In this document: piece by piece, positions 38,318 to 47,621 of the stretch | Numbering within the stretch: the stretch's first letter is position 1 | Layout of the letters: each line of letters opens with the position of its first letter | DNA from: an uncultured Mageeibacillus sp. | GTDB lineage: Bacteria; Bacillota; Clostridia; Saccharofermentanales; DTU023 | Assembly: GCA_964346695.1 (NCBI GenBank) | Contig: CAYFVK010000002.1 | Coordinates: 22,321 to 86,320 of the forward strand | DNA: 64,000 bases | Direction: 5' to 3' | The notes under the pieces: generated by a model | Database searches by the model: none | What the model was told of the DNA's origin: nothing | Seen by the model: only the letters and a program-made list of their open reading frames with translations | Made by a program: the position numbers and the translations under genes

Positions 38318-39220
38318 TTAACTGTGGAGAGCAATAAAAGCGGTGCTATCCGGTTTTTCCGCCAACCACTCGGCGATCAATTCTTTGATCTTTCGATCGG
38401 CAAATGTTTTTTCTTCGGGGATGCGCATATAGCAGCTATCTGTCTGAAAAGAGATATTTTTTATCATTTGAAACGGCAAGGTGGCGGCGTCAATGATACC
38501 CTGAGCATCCGAGCCGCTGTATTCGAGGAAGTTTCTAAATGTTGCGACGAGATGATCTATTGTCTCGGCGGAACAATTTGCAATATCGTCACTGTTTTTA
38601 CCCGGCCGCGGCAAAAAATAGCCGGCTTTTTGCTTTTCAAAGAGATGACCGAATTCTTTCAGCACGGGTTCAATCCCCGCTTCGAGTTCTAATAAACAGT
38701 CGGATAAGCTGACTCCTTGATGGAATACGGCTTCATAACGCCACTGATAAAGGGGCTTTAAGGGTAATATAAAAATTCTTTTGCCTGATTTTTTCTGTCG
38801 GTTTATGATTTGCCGAAAATCTGTTTCGTTTTGATCTTGAAAGCAATAGTAGAGCAAAAGACGATGCTCCGTTCTATTATTGTCAGAACTGTCGGCATGT
38901 AAAGCGACGATTATTTTTTTTCGCCATTCAGCCGGAGAATCCAGACGCGAAAAATCATCCGCAGAACTCAGCGAGCTCTCGGATAACAGACGAACGGCAG
39001 AAGAATTTTTCAACTGGGCGATATCTTTCACAAAACTTTCATGAATAATAAATAAATCGAAGCCGGAATGAAGCCGGTCAAAATTCCTTATGCTGCTGAT
39101 TTGGAATAATGGCTTCGGCAAAGTGTTAAGATAATTTTCAATCCTTTTTGAGTAGTCGGTATTCGGATCGACCAGCAAAACTTGTTTCATGATTTTGGTC
39201 CTCGCATTTCTCGTCATCAT
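38318..39220 (-). CDS. Hypothetical 300-aa protein in the position normally held by TadZ/CpaE; no Walker A visible
   Basis: It is the first gene of the operon, and its stop abuts the CpaF start. The N-terminus looks receiver-like (VLLVDPN...FDLFIIHESF). No GxxGxGK[ST] motif occurs anywhere in the 300 aa. Confidence 0.4.
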   Translation of the reverse strand: MMTRNARTKIMKQVLLVDPNTDYSKRIENYLNTLPKPLFQISSIRNFDRLHSGFDLFIIHESFVKDIAQLKNSSAVRLLSESSLSSADDFSRLDSPAEWRKKIIVALHADSSDNNRTEHRLLLYYCFQDQNETDFRQIINRQKKSGKRIFILPLKPLYQWRYEAVFHQGVSLSDCLLELEAGIEPVLKEFGHLFEKQKAGYFLPRPGKNSDDIANCSAETIDHLVATFRNFLEYSGSDAQGIIDAATLPFQMIKNISFQTDSCYMRIPEEKTFADRKIKELIAEWLAEKPDSTAFIALHS

Positions 39221-39511
39221 GATTCTACGGCGCCGGATGAATCTGTACGTCCGGCAAAAAATTCTTGTATTGACAGCTTATTGTTTTTAGCCAATGATTT
39301 TTGGACTTTAATTTTGAAAAACAGATAAAAATAAGAAAACAATATTCGGGGAGAACTGAAAGACTGTAAAACCGGCATAGCGGCGATAGAACCGTGATGA
39401 ATAATTTTTGACTTGAACTTTTGGCTGTGCTAATTTTTATTCAACTCAAATTCACTAATATCATTTCCGGACATTTTCAATAAACATAGCTTAAAGCGAG
39501 AGGTGGCTGAG

Positions 39512-40288
39512 ATGATATTTGGCGGGGAGTTTTTACGTAGTAATATTTGTCTGATCTGTCAGAAACCGACTGAGAACAATTTGATGCGGCAGGCTTTTTT
39601 GTTAAGGCAGGGTGTGCTTGATCCTACCGCCGGTCCTCTGCGGATCAACCGCTATTTATGCCGTAAATGCCTGATCCGGCTGCCCGTATTATTCAGGGAA
39701 GAAGCCCGTCGGGTTGAAAATCCGACGGTAGAAATTAAATCCGCTTTCGCTTTCAGTCATCCGATTGATTTTCTGATCAGAGCTTTGAAATTTCAACAAA
39801 AATGCCATTATGCCGAAATTCTTGCTGATTTAATGTATCTTGTTTTAGCGAAGGAATTTTTGCCGGCGGACTCTGTCTGCCGACTGCAGCCGATCCTGAT
39901 ACCCGTACCTCTGGCTGCCGGTAGAAAGAAAGAACGGGGCTATAATCAGGCGGAACTGATCGCGCAGCGCCTCGCGGACAATCTCTCCTTTACCTGCCGC
40001 AGTGATCTTTTACAGCGTGGCAGAGACACGAAGCGCCAGACAGAAACCAAAAACCGGGCGGAACGCGTCAGAAATGTGCAAAATGCCTTTTCTCTTGTAA
40101 AAAACTCCGATACGGCAAACGAACTGCTTTGCCAAATCAAAGCCGAACATCAGAAAGTTTTCTTGATTGACGATGTGACAACCTCCGGCATGACATTAAA
40201 AGAAGCGGCTCTGCCATTATTAAGGCAGGGCATAGAGGTTTCCTGCTTTACGGCGGCAAAAGAAATGATACTTTCTAACAATAAATAA
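39512..40288 (+). CDS. comFC: ComF-family protein (ComFC-like phosphoribosyltransferase fold)
   Basis: N-terminal Cys pairs (CLICQKP...CRKC), RGYNQAELIA, RQTETKNRAERVRNV and the PRT motif VFLIDDVTTSGMTL. ATG 39512 follows a GAGGTGG RBS. Confidence 0.8.
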   Translation: MIFGGEFLRSNICLICQKPTENNLMRQAFLLRQGVLDPTAGPLRINRYLCRKCLIRLPVLFREEARRVENPTVEIKSAFAFSHPIDFLIRALKFQQKCHYAEILADLMYLVLAKEFLPADSVCRLQPILIPVPLAAGRKKERGYNQAELIAQRLADNLSFTCRSDLLQRGRDTKRQTETKNRAERVRNVQNAFSLVKNSDTANELLCQIKAEHQKVFLIDDVTTSGMTLKEAALPLLRQGIEVSCFTAAKEMILSNNK

Positions 40289-40544
40289 ACAAAATAGTTG
40301 CTCGTAATTTATATGATAACGGAATATAATGGACAAAAAATAGAGGGGCACATATAAATTAGCATAATAGTGCAGCATAAATCACAAATTTTAACCGGTG
40401 TTCAGATTAATCTGATTGCTTATTTTATCAAGTTAAAGTTGAGGAATTCCCGTTCGATCAATCGTGATTTATGATTTTTGAACAGAGAGTTTCGTTATAA
40501 CAGCTTTTTTGTTTTATGAACTGGAAATTAAGGAGATATGAATT

Positions 40545-41568
40545 ATGAGAAAAACAGGCAAACTCGTTGCCCTCTTTTTGGGACTTTTGCTGATCTTAGG
40601 GGCTTTTCCCATGGGAATTGTCTCTGCCTAAGCAGGAGATGTTGCAATCAATGAAACCAATTTCCCGGACGAGATTTTTAGAAACTATGTGCGGGAAAAC
40701 TTTGATGCCGATGGTAATGGTTTGCTCTCTTTAGCAGAACGGGAGGCTGTAACGGAAATTGATGTTGAGAGGGAACAAATTCATGATGATTCGGATCCGG
40801 GTATCTGCAGTCTAAAAGGTGTGGAGTATTTTTCGAAACTCGAGAAGCTTAATTGTCACAATAACTCTCTGACTTCGTTAAATGTGAGGCGGAATACGGA
40901 ATATCCAATTTTGATTGTTCTGAGAATCTGTTGAGCTCATTAGATTTGAGCCGGAATTCAGATTTATTAGGTCTTGAGTGTTCTAACAACAATCTGACCA
41001 CATTAGATGTGAGTAATATTTTGTATCTTGTAACCTTGTCGTGCAATGGGAACCGGCTGACCAGTTTGGATTTGAGCAACAATTCCGAATTGTTTAGCTT
41101 TGAAGGAGATGACCAAAATTACGATATCAACGTTAATCAAGCCGACTTGACTTTTGATCTCAACAACTTGCCCGGCAGCTTTGATCCTGTTAAGGCAAGT
41201 AATTGGGTCGGCGGAACAGTCAACGGCACAACCCTGACCCTTGATTCTACCTTGGTTGGCACAGTGACCTATCATTATCAAGCAAGGCAAGACAGGAACT
41301 TTGATGTTACTCTGCATATTGCGAATGCTCAAGCATTGGTGAAGCCGCAGGGAATCTATACCATTGAGCAGGCAAATATCCCGGTGAAAGAATTTACGGT
41401 GTCTGGATAGGAAATTATTACCGTTATTATGACAACGGCGTCAAAGTCATCGGGACGAAAGCGAAAGGGGCGAAAATCTACGCGGTCGACTTAGGAGCGA
41501 AATCCTCTTATTACCGATTCTATGAGAACGGCAGAGTCAAACTGATTCACGAATCCTGTGTGCAATAA
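40545..41568 (+). pseudogene. Secreted leucine-rich-repeat surface protein gene carrying one nonsense codon and two frameshifts
   Basis: The signal peptide MRKTGKLVALFLGLLLILGAFPMGIVSA is followed immediately by an in-frame TAA (40629-40631), then AGDVAINETNFPDEIFRNYV... The 22-aa LRR units (LEKLNCHNNSLTSLNV.., CSENLLSSLDLSRNSDLL, GLECSNNNLTTLDVSN.., LSCNGNRLTSLDLSNNSEL) continue only after a frame change near 40895-40908. A second frame change near 41400-41412 leads to YYRYYDNG/YYRFYENG repeats that end at TAA 41566-41568. Confidence 0.65.
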
Positions 41569-41625
41569 GGGTTGGCGTAGAAGAAGTAAATAAAATAACC
41601 CGAGACCGCGGAGTTTCGGCAAGAT

Positions 41626-41661
41626 AAAAAAGACCGCTGAGAGTGATTCCCGGCGGTCTTT
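41626..41661. terminator. Hairpin flanked by A-run and short T-run downstream of the LRR pseudogene
   Basis: AAAAA-AGACCGCTG...CGGCGGTCT-TT. This is a 9-bp stem (one G-U pair) with a loop of about 11 nt. Confidence 0.4.
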
Positions 41662-42036
41662 GACAATGAACTTACGGAAAAAATCAGAAGCTGCAAATGA
41701 AACTATAAGAGTCGGCAACAATTTGTTTTTAACTCTTGAATGTAATGTTTTCTTCGGCAATTAACCCAAAAATAAATGTTCCTGCATTGATAAATGTTAT
41801 CTTGAGATATTGAAAACTTTTTTGTATAGTATAGATGCCCTTGGATTGTCAGACGCTTCAATTTGAACCTTCATGATATTTAGGGGAGCCCGGAGTCGAA
41901 GTGGAATACGATTAGGCCTTAAATGGACAATCAAAGACCGCCGCAGGGCACCCACCTAGTCGACAGTGCTAGGTATCAAACGAAGTGCTTTTTCAGGGGT
42001 ATTTTTTAATGCCATCACGCCGGCAGGAGGCACTCA

Positions 42037-43458
42037 ATGCGTGTTTATAATGATTTAAGCAGAAAAAAAGAAGAACTGATTCCATTAAAAGACAATCATT
42101 TTACCATCTATGTCTGCGGCCCGACCGTCTATGATTTATTTCATTTGGGGAATGCCAGACCTTTCATTATCTATGATACTTTACGCAGATATTTGCTCTA
42201 TAAAGGCTACAAAGTGACCTATGTGCAGAATTTCACGGATATAGATGACAAAATGATTAATCGTGCTCAATCCAGAAATATTTCGGTGCAGGATCTGGCC
42301 GAGGAAATGATCGCGGAATATTATCATGATGCCGATCAGCTGCATATCATGCGGGCGGATAATCATCCCAGAGCAACCGAAACGATAAATGAGATTATCG
42401 ACATGATCAAGACGTTGGAGGAAAAAGGCTATACCTATACCTTAGAAGACGGTGTCTACTATGATACGTCGAAGTTTAAAGATTATGGGAAATTATCGAA
42501 GCGGGATTTGGAAGAGCAGGAAGCCGGAGCTTCTGCCAGAATAGATTTAGATATTGAAAAGCACAATATCAGCGACTTTGTATTATGGAAATTTAAAAAA
42601 GAGAATGAGCCGTTTTGGCCGTCCCCATGGGGTGACGGCAGACCCGGATGGCATATCGAATGTTCAGCCATGAGCAAAAAATATCTGGGCAATACAGTCG
42701 ATATTCATGCCGGCGGTATGGATTTAATTTTCCCCCACCATGAAAATGAAATAGCGCAAAGTGAAGCCGCCAACGGAGAGCAGTTCGTGCGCTACTGGAT
42801 GCATAACGGATTTGTCAATGTGGATAATGTCAAAATGGCGAAATCCGGCGGGAACTTCTTTCTCGTTCGCGAATTAGCCGCTGACTACAGCTATGATATC
42901 TTGCGTTTCTTTATGCTGCAGGCTCATTATCGCATGCCTATAAACTTTGAGGAAGAACCGCTGGAAGCGGCCAGCAACGGCTGGCAGCGGATTAAAAACT
43001 GTACGCAGAACTTGGATTTCCTCTTAAGTAAGAAAGAGCAGGATGTGAGCATTGAATCCTCTCAGGAATTAGAAAAATTCTGCGAACAGACCGTAAAAGA
43101 TTTTGAGCTGGCGATGGATGATGATCTCAATACGCCGGATGCCTTTGCTGCGATTTTTAATCTTGTTCGCTATGTCAATACCTTGACGGCGGAACAGGAG
43201 CTGACAAGGCAAAGTCTCAGCAAAACTCTGGATTGCATTGTCCATCTCTGTTCAGTTTTAGGACTGGATCCGGTAGATCAAGAAGAATTGGCAATCCCTG
43301 AAGAAATTCTGAAAAAAGTGGAATTGCGCAGCCGGGCGAAAGCCGAGCGGGATTTTGCCAAAGCGGATCAGCTGCGAGAAGAAATTCAGCAAGCGGGCTA
43401 CCGTATCGAAGACACGGCGCAGGGACCAAAAGTTATCAGAGAAGAGCCGGAAAATTGA
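42037..43458 (+). CDS. cysS: Cysteinyl-tRNA synthetase
   Basis: HIGH-type motif CGPTVYDLFHLGNARP, GRPGWHIECSAMS, PHHENEIAQSEA, and the KMSKS variant KMAKSGGN. Confidence 0.95.
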   Translation: MRVYNDLSRKKEELIPLKDNHFTIYVCGPTVYDLFHLGNARPFIIYDTLRRYLLYKGYKVTYVQNFTDIDDKMINRAQSRNISVQDLAEEMIAEYYHDADQLHIMRADNHPRATETINEIIDMIKTLEEKGYTYTLEDGVYYDTSKFKDYGKLSKRDLEEQEAGASARIDLDIEKHNISDFVLWKFKKENEPFWPSPWGDGRPGWHIECSAMSKKYLGNTVDIHAGGMDLIFPHHENEIAQSEAANGEQFVRYWMHNGFVNVDNVKMAKSGGNFFLVRELAADYSYDILRFFMLQAHYRMPINFEEEPLEAASNGWQRIKNCTQNLDFLLSKKEQDVSIESSQELEKFCEQTVKDFELAMDDDLNTPDAFAAIFNLVRYVNTLTAEQELTRQSLSKTLDCIVHLCSVLGLDPVDQEELAIPEEILKKVELRSRAKAERDFAKADQLREEIQQAGYRIEDTAQGPKVIREEPEN

Positions 43459-43838
43459 AATTTCAAGAATTACCCATTTCCACTTTAGCTTATATCGGTG
43501 ACGCCGTTTATGAACTGGCGATTCGCAGAGCGGTTCTGAGAACCCTGACAGCAAAATCAGGGTCGATGCACAGTGAAGTTATTCATCTGGTCAACGCTTC
43601 CGCTCAAGCACAGGCTTTGAACAGAATCGAGTCCGAATTGAGCGAAACAGAGCGCAATCTGGTCAAGCGGGCCAGCAATCATTCCGTGCCGGCGGCGAGA
43701 CAGGTCGATCCGGCAGAATACCGCAGGGCGACGGGCTTTGAGGCTTTACTCGGATTCCTTTATCTGAGCGAGGAGCGCACTCGGCTTTATGAATTGTTAA
43801 TGAAAGCGGAACCGACTTTACAATTTGAGGATCCGTGA
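43455..43838 (+). CDS. mrnC: Mini-ribonuclease III
   Basis: LAYIGDAVYELAIR and YRRATGFEALLGFLYL, at about 127 aa. It follows cysS as in Bacillus (cysS-mrnC-rlmB-sigH), and the two genes overlap by 4 nt. Confidence 0.85.
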   Translation: MKFQELPISTLAYIGDAVYELAIRRAVLRTLTAKSGSMHSEVIHLVNASAQAQALNRIESELSETERNLVKRASNHSVPAARQVDPAEYRRATGFEALLGFLYLSEERTRLYELLMKAEPTLQFEDP

Positions 43839-43846
43839 GGTGACCA

Positions 43847-44620
43847 TTGAAAAAGAATAATACTTATCTCGACCGTATCGCGGGCAGAAATCCGATTAAT
43901 GAAGCCCTGCGCGCCGGACGGACAATAAATAAAATCTGGATTGTCAAAAATCAGCAGAATAGAGATCAGCGCCTTGAAAAACTGATCTGCGACTGCAAAG
44001 CCGCCGGAGCGGTTGTTATGGAGGTCGAGAAAGACTATCTTGATCAGATGGTAGAAACTCCGACCAATCATCAGGGTATTGTCGCGCAGGTCGCCGCCAA
44101 AGATTATATCGATCCTTATCCCTATTTGGAAAATTTGCGGGAGCAGGGCAAGAATCCTTTTATTCTCATACTTGATCATTTGCAGGACGGCTATAATTTC
44201 GGCTCGATCATCCGGATCGCAGAAGCTGCGGATCTTGATTTAATTGTCATTCCGGATCGTCGCTCCGTAGCTCTTGACGCTCATGTAGCCAAGGCGTCCG
44301 CGGGTGCGGTGGAGTTTGTGCCGATTGCTCGGGTGACCAATTTGGCAACCTTCATCGATCGCATTAAAGAACAAAACTTCTGGGTTTTCGGCACGGAAGT
44401 GGCGCAGGCTGAAGCCTATGACAAGGTTAATTATCAAGGCTCAATCGCTCTTGTGATCGGCAATGAAGGACATGGCATGACTGAAAATATTAAAAAGCGA
44501 TGCGATTTTTTGATTACGATTCCGATGCAGGGTGAAATTAATTCTTTAAATGCCGCGGTGGCTACCGGAATTTTGGTTTTTGAAGCCGTCAAACAAAGAA
44601 ATAGCCAAAGACAAGATTGA
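43847..44620 (+). CDS. rlmB: 23S rRNA (Gm2251) 2'-O-methyltransferase, SpoU/TrmH family
   Basis: The SpoU substrate-binding N-terminus reads GRNPINEAL. SPOUT motifs are LDHLQDGYNFGSIIR, VIGNEGHGM and IPMQGEINSLNAAVA. TTG start follows a GAGGTG RBS. Confidence 0.85.
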   Translation: MKKNNTYLDRIAGRNPINEALRAGRTINKIWIVKNQQNRDQRLEKLICDCKAAGAVVMEVEKDYLDQMVETPTNHQGIVAQVAAKDYIDPYPYLENLREQGKNPFILILDHLQDGYNFGSIIRIAEAADLDLIVIPDRRSVALDAHVAKASAGAVEFVPIARVTNLATFIDRIKEQNFWVFGTEVAQAEAYDKVNYQGSIALVIGNEGHGMTENIKKRCDFLITIPMQGEINSLNAAVATGILVFEAVKQRNSQRQD

Positions 44621-44702
44621 AATTCGTCAGTCGACGGATGAACAAGGTGAATGAAACGCTTTCAGCTCAAGACGTAAGCTCGATCAAGCGAAAACTCCGG
44701 AA

Positions 44703-45323
44703 ATGGATATGAAGAATAACACATCATCAGATCAGCAGGACAGAGAACTGCTTGAAAAAGTCAGAAATGGCGATGATCGTGCCATGGAAAAGATTCTCGA
44801 GAAATATAAGAATATGGTCGCGGCCAAAGCCAGACGTCTGTATTTGCAGGGCGGCGATCAGGAGGATCTGATTCAGGAAGGGATGATCGGCCTGTATCAG
44901 GCAATCTCTCTCTTTGATTTTCAAAAAAGTGACTCTTTTGCCGGTTTCGCGGGTCAAGTAGTCAATTCCAGACTTTATGATGCGATCCGGACAGCTGCAC
45001 GGAAAAAACACGATCCGCTCAATCAAAGCCTATCTCTTGATTTTCCGATTGATCAGGAAAAAACCTCACTATCCGAATTGATCTCGGACGACGATAATCC
45101 CGACCCGGAGGATTCTCTCCTGCACAATGAGCGCATACAAGCTCTGTCCTCGTTTATTGAGAACGAATTGAGTGATTATGAAAAAAAAGTTACGACTTTA
45201 TATTTGCAGGGAAAAAAGTATAATGAAATAGCAGAGAGTTTGGGCGTTTCCTATAAAAGCGTGGATGGAGCTCTGCAGAGAACAAGACGAAAAATTACTG
45301 CCTTTCGCAATCAGCAGCAATGA
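44703..45323 (+). CDS. sigH: RNA polymerase sporulation-type sigma factor SigH
   Basis: It is collinear with B. subtilis SigH: DLIQEGMIGLYQAI (region 2), RKKHDPLNQSLSLD, LSDYEKKVTTLYLQGKKYNEIAESLGVSYKSVDGALQRTRRKI (region 4). It also holds the conserved position after rlmB. Confidence 0.85.
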   Translation: MDMKNNTSSDQQDRELLEKVRNGDDRAMEKILEKYKNMVAAKARRLYLQGGDQEDLIQEGMIGLYQAISLFDFQKSDSFAGFAGQVVNSRLYDAIRTAARKKHDPLNQSLSLDFPIDQEKTSLSELISDDDNPDPEDSLLHNERIQALSSFIENELSDYEKKVTTLYLQGKKYNEIAESLGVSYKSVDGALQRTRRKITAFRNQQQ

Positions 45324-45391
45324 TAATCAGTCTGTCAGCAGGGCGGTTGCCGTCAAGGCGTACTTGATCAGTTAGGGCAAAGGGATCTGAA

Positions 45392-46768
45392 TTGACCGGA
45401 CAAAGCAAAAAATCCTATTTAGTGATTAGTTTAAGCATACTTCTATGTTTGCTCATGTCATCCTGCTCTAATTTCGGTATATCAATGAATAATCACAAAT
45501 CAATTTTTCAGCATGAAGAGTCCGAATATGTTTTGAAAAAAGATCAGAATAATAAAATAACGGATATTTCTCTGATCCTTGCTTTCTTAGATGTCGCCAA
45601 TCAAAATGCCACGATAGAAGAAGTCTGTTCGGCGATCCCGCAGTCGATCAAAGAGGATATTTCTCTGCATGATTTTACTATTTTCGCGAATTCGTTATAT
45701 GCTCCGCAAAATTATCATCTGACTAAATTCAATAGAGTTTCAGGGAAACTTAAAAGTGCTTTGGTTCTGGAGATTGTCAAAGATCAGCCGAATCTCTTAA
45801 CCCTGGCGGAAAACAGCGAATATTACGAGCTCTATTATGAGAATAATGAAAATCCGCAAGAATCTTTTTCAAGGACGCTGGCGATTCAGCATGATGCGGA
45901 AGGCAATGCTTATTTATCCGGTGAATGGATGCGTCTCTTAAATAAAATCTTGGAATTTTCAAAATTATATTTTGAGGCACTTGATAATCACGATCAGGAA
46001 ATGCTGTCTTGGCTTCTGGCTCAGGGCGACGGCGAAGAAGCTGACGATAAAATTCGCAGCATTGAAGCTAATAAAGCGACCCTGCTGATCGATTATTATC
46101 GTTTGGAGGTAAAAACCGATCCGCTTGCCAGTATTCCTCTGGCTTTATTGCCGAATAAAATTGTCTATTTGCAGGAGCTGGAAAATTCGGAAGATCTCAG
46201 CTATTCACAGCGCAACTGTACTTTTCGTCAAAATAATCAAAACATCTCGGTGACTGATCCCTATCCGCAAAAATTGAAAAAGCAGCATCTCAATATCTAT
46301 TATAAAGATAATTTCCTTTTGTCCTGGTCCAGCAACGGTATTCGCCAGATCTATTACGGCAAGGTTTTGAACAGTATTTTGGGCGAACCCCTGATCATCA
46401 AATCTAATTTACAGGATCCGCTCAGCGAAGGTTCGGATTTTTATCGGATTACCTATCCGGAGGTTTCATTTTTGATTAAAGGCGAGGGCAATAATCTGAC
46501 CAAAAACTGGCAGGGTCGGATCGAACGGATTGAAATTAATGAGAATTCAAAAAATATTTCGCTCGGCAATTCCTTGGCTTCTGAAAATTCAATTTATTAT
46601 AATATGCCGGTTCTCGATTTTTACAAGCAATATCCTTTTTCTCCCGAAGCGGATTTCATCATTCAAGGGAATGATCAGGACGAGAAAATGGAGATGATTG
46701 TACAGGTCGATAGTCAAAATGTCAAAAATATCATTTTGCGAGCGGTATATGACAGCAGAACCCGATAA
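45392..46768 (+). CDS. Hypothetical lipoprotein (458 aa), AT-rich gene
   Basis: Signal peptide with lipobox-like LLMSSC-S. I recognise no family. TTG start in the ORF track. Confidence 0.5.
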   Translation: MTGQSKKSYLVISLSILLCLLMSSCSNFGISMNNHKSIFQHEESEYVLKKDQNNKITDISLILAFLDVANQNATIEEVCSAIPQSIKEDISLHDFTIFANSLYAPQNYHLTKFNRVSGKLKSALVLEIVKDQPNLLTLAENSEYYELYYENNENPQESFSRTLAIQHDAEGNAYLSGEWMRLLNKILEFSKLYFEALDNHDQEMLSWLLAQGDGEEADDKIRSIEANKATLLIDYYRLEVKTDPLASIPLALLPNKIVYLQELENSEDLSYSQRNCTFRQNNQNISVTDPYPQKLKKQHLNIYYKDNFLLSWSSNGIRQIYYGKVLNSILGEPLIIKSNLQDPLSEGSDFYRITYPEVSFLIKGEGNNLTKNWQGRIERIEINENSKNISLGNSLASENSIYYNMPVLDFYKQYPFSPEADFIIQGNDQDEKMEMIVQVDSQNVKNIILRAVYDSRTR

Positions 46769-46923
46769 TAGTAAAAAAACGACGAGCCGCAAAAGCCCGC
46801 TGCTTTTGATCCGAACAGCCCCTTACGGAGTCTAACTGTTAAGCAGAAAAGCCGTTGAATTGTTGTTGATTGTGCAGGGCGAAAAATGAGAATAAAAAAG
46901 CATTGAACGAATTCAATGCTTTA

Positions 46924-47000
<77 letters not shown>

Positions 47001-47165
47001 AAAATTCAGACAGCGTGGCTGTGATTGCTTAACAATTCTATGAGAATACAGTTATATTGTCAAGGAGCATTTTTATGATTTAACGTTCGCCTGATCATCC
47101 GCATTTTATTTTGTTTCGGCGGAGGACAATTTGCGGCAAAACAACGTGAAAGAGAAGAGATTCAT

Positions 47166-47543
47166 ATGGAACAGCATTTACCACATCAACATAGCCGGAA
47201 AACCGAGAAAATTTTGGAGAAGATGCCTCCGGAAGAGGATTTTATCGACGCGGCAAATTTATTTAAGCAATTAGCTGACGGCAGCAGGCTCAAAATACTC
47301 TGGTTTCTCTGTCATACCGAGGAATGCGGTATTAATATCGCCGCGGCGGTCGGCATGAGTCAGGCTGCCGTATCGCATCATTTGAAAAGTCTGAAATTGA
47401 ACAGTTTGATTGTCAGCCGGCGGAAAGGCAAAGAAGTCTACTATAAATTAGCGGATAGTGAACTGACCGCCCTGATTCATAAAACGATTGAGAGCTATTT
47501 CTCGAAGATCTGCCCGAGTGATGAAATAGAAGACGAAGATTAG
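47166..47543 (+). CDS. ArsR/SmtB-family metal-responsive repressor
   Basis: LFKQLADGSRLKILWFLCHTEECGINIAAAVGMSQAAVSHHLKSLKLNSLIVSRRKGKEVYYKL is the canonical ArsR wHTH, with Cys residues in the alpha3 region. Confidence 0.85.
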   Translation: MEQHLPHQHSRKTEKILEKMPPEEDFIDAANLFKQLADGSRLKILWFLCHTEECGINIAAAVGMSQAAVSHHLKSLKLNSLIVSRRKGKEVYYKLADSELTALIHKTIESYFSKICPSDEIEDED

Positions 47544-47621
47544 CATTGACAGCTAAAGATGGGCGTGAACGCAGATCGAATAAGATAAAATGTGCGCGGG
47601 GTTTCGACCTGAAAAGAGGGC

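Noticed and set aside
41491-41760. 89-aa minus-strand ORF downstream of the LRR gene
   Set aside because: It lies antisense to the frameshifted C-terminal repeat segment of the LRR pseudogene and to the terminator hairpin. It has no RBS or motif.
42819-42827. Perfect DnaA box TGTGGATAA inside cysS
   Set aside because: This is an isolated single box within a coding sequence (encoding NVDNV). About 0.5 perfect boxes are expected by chance in 64 kb, and there are no neighbouring boxes.
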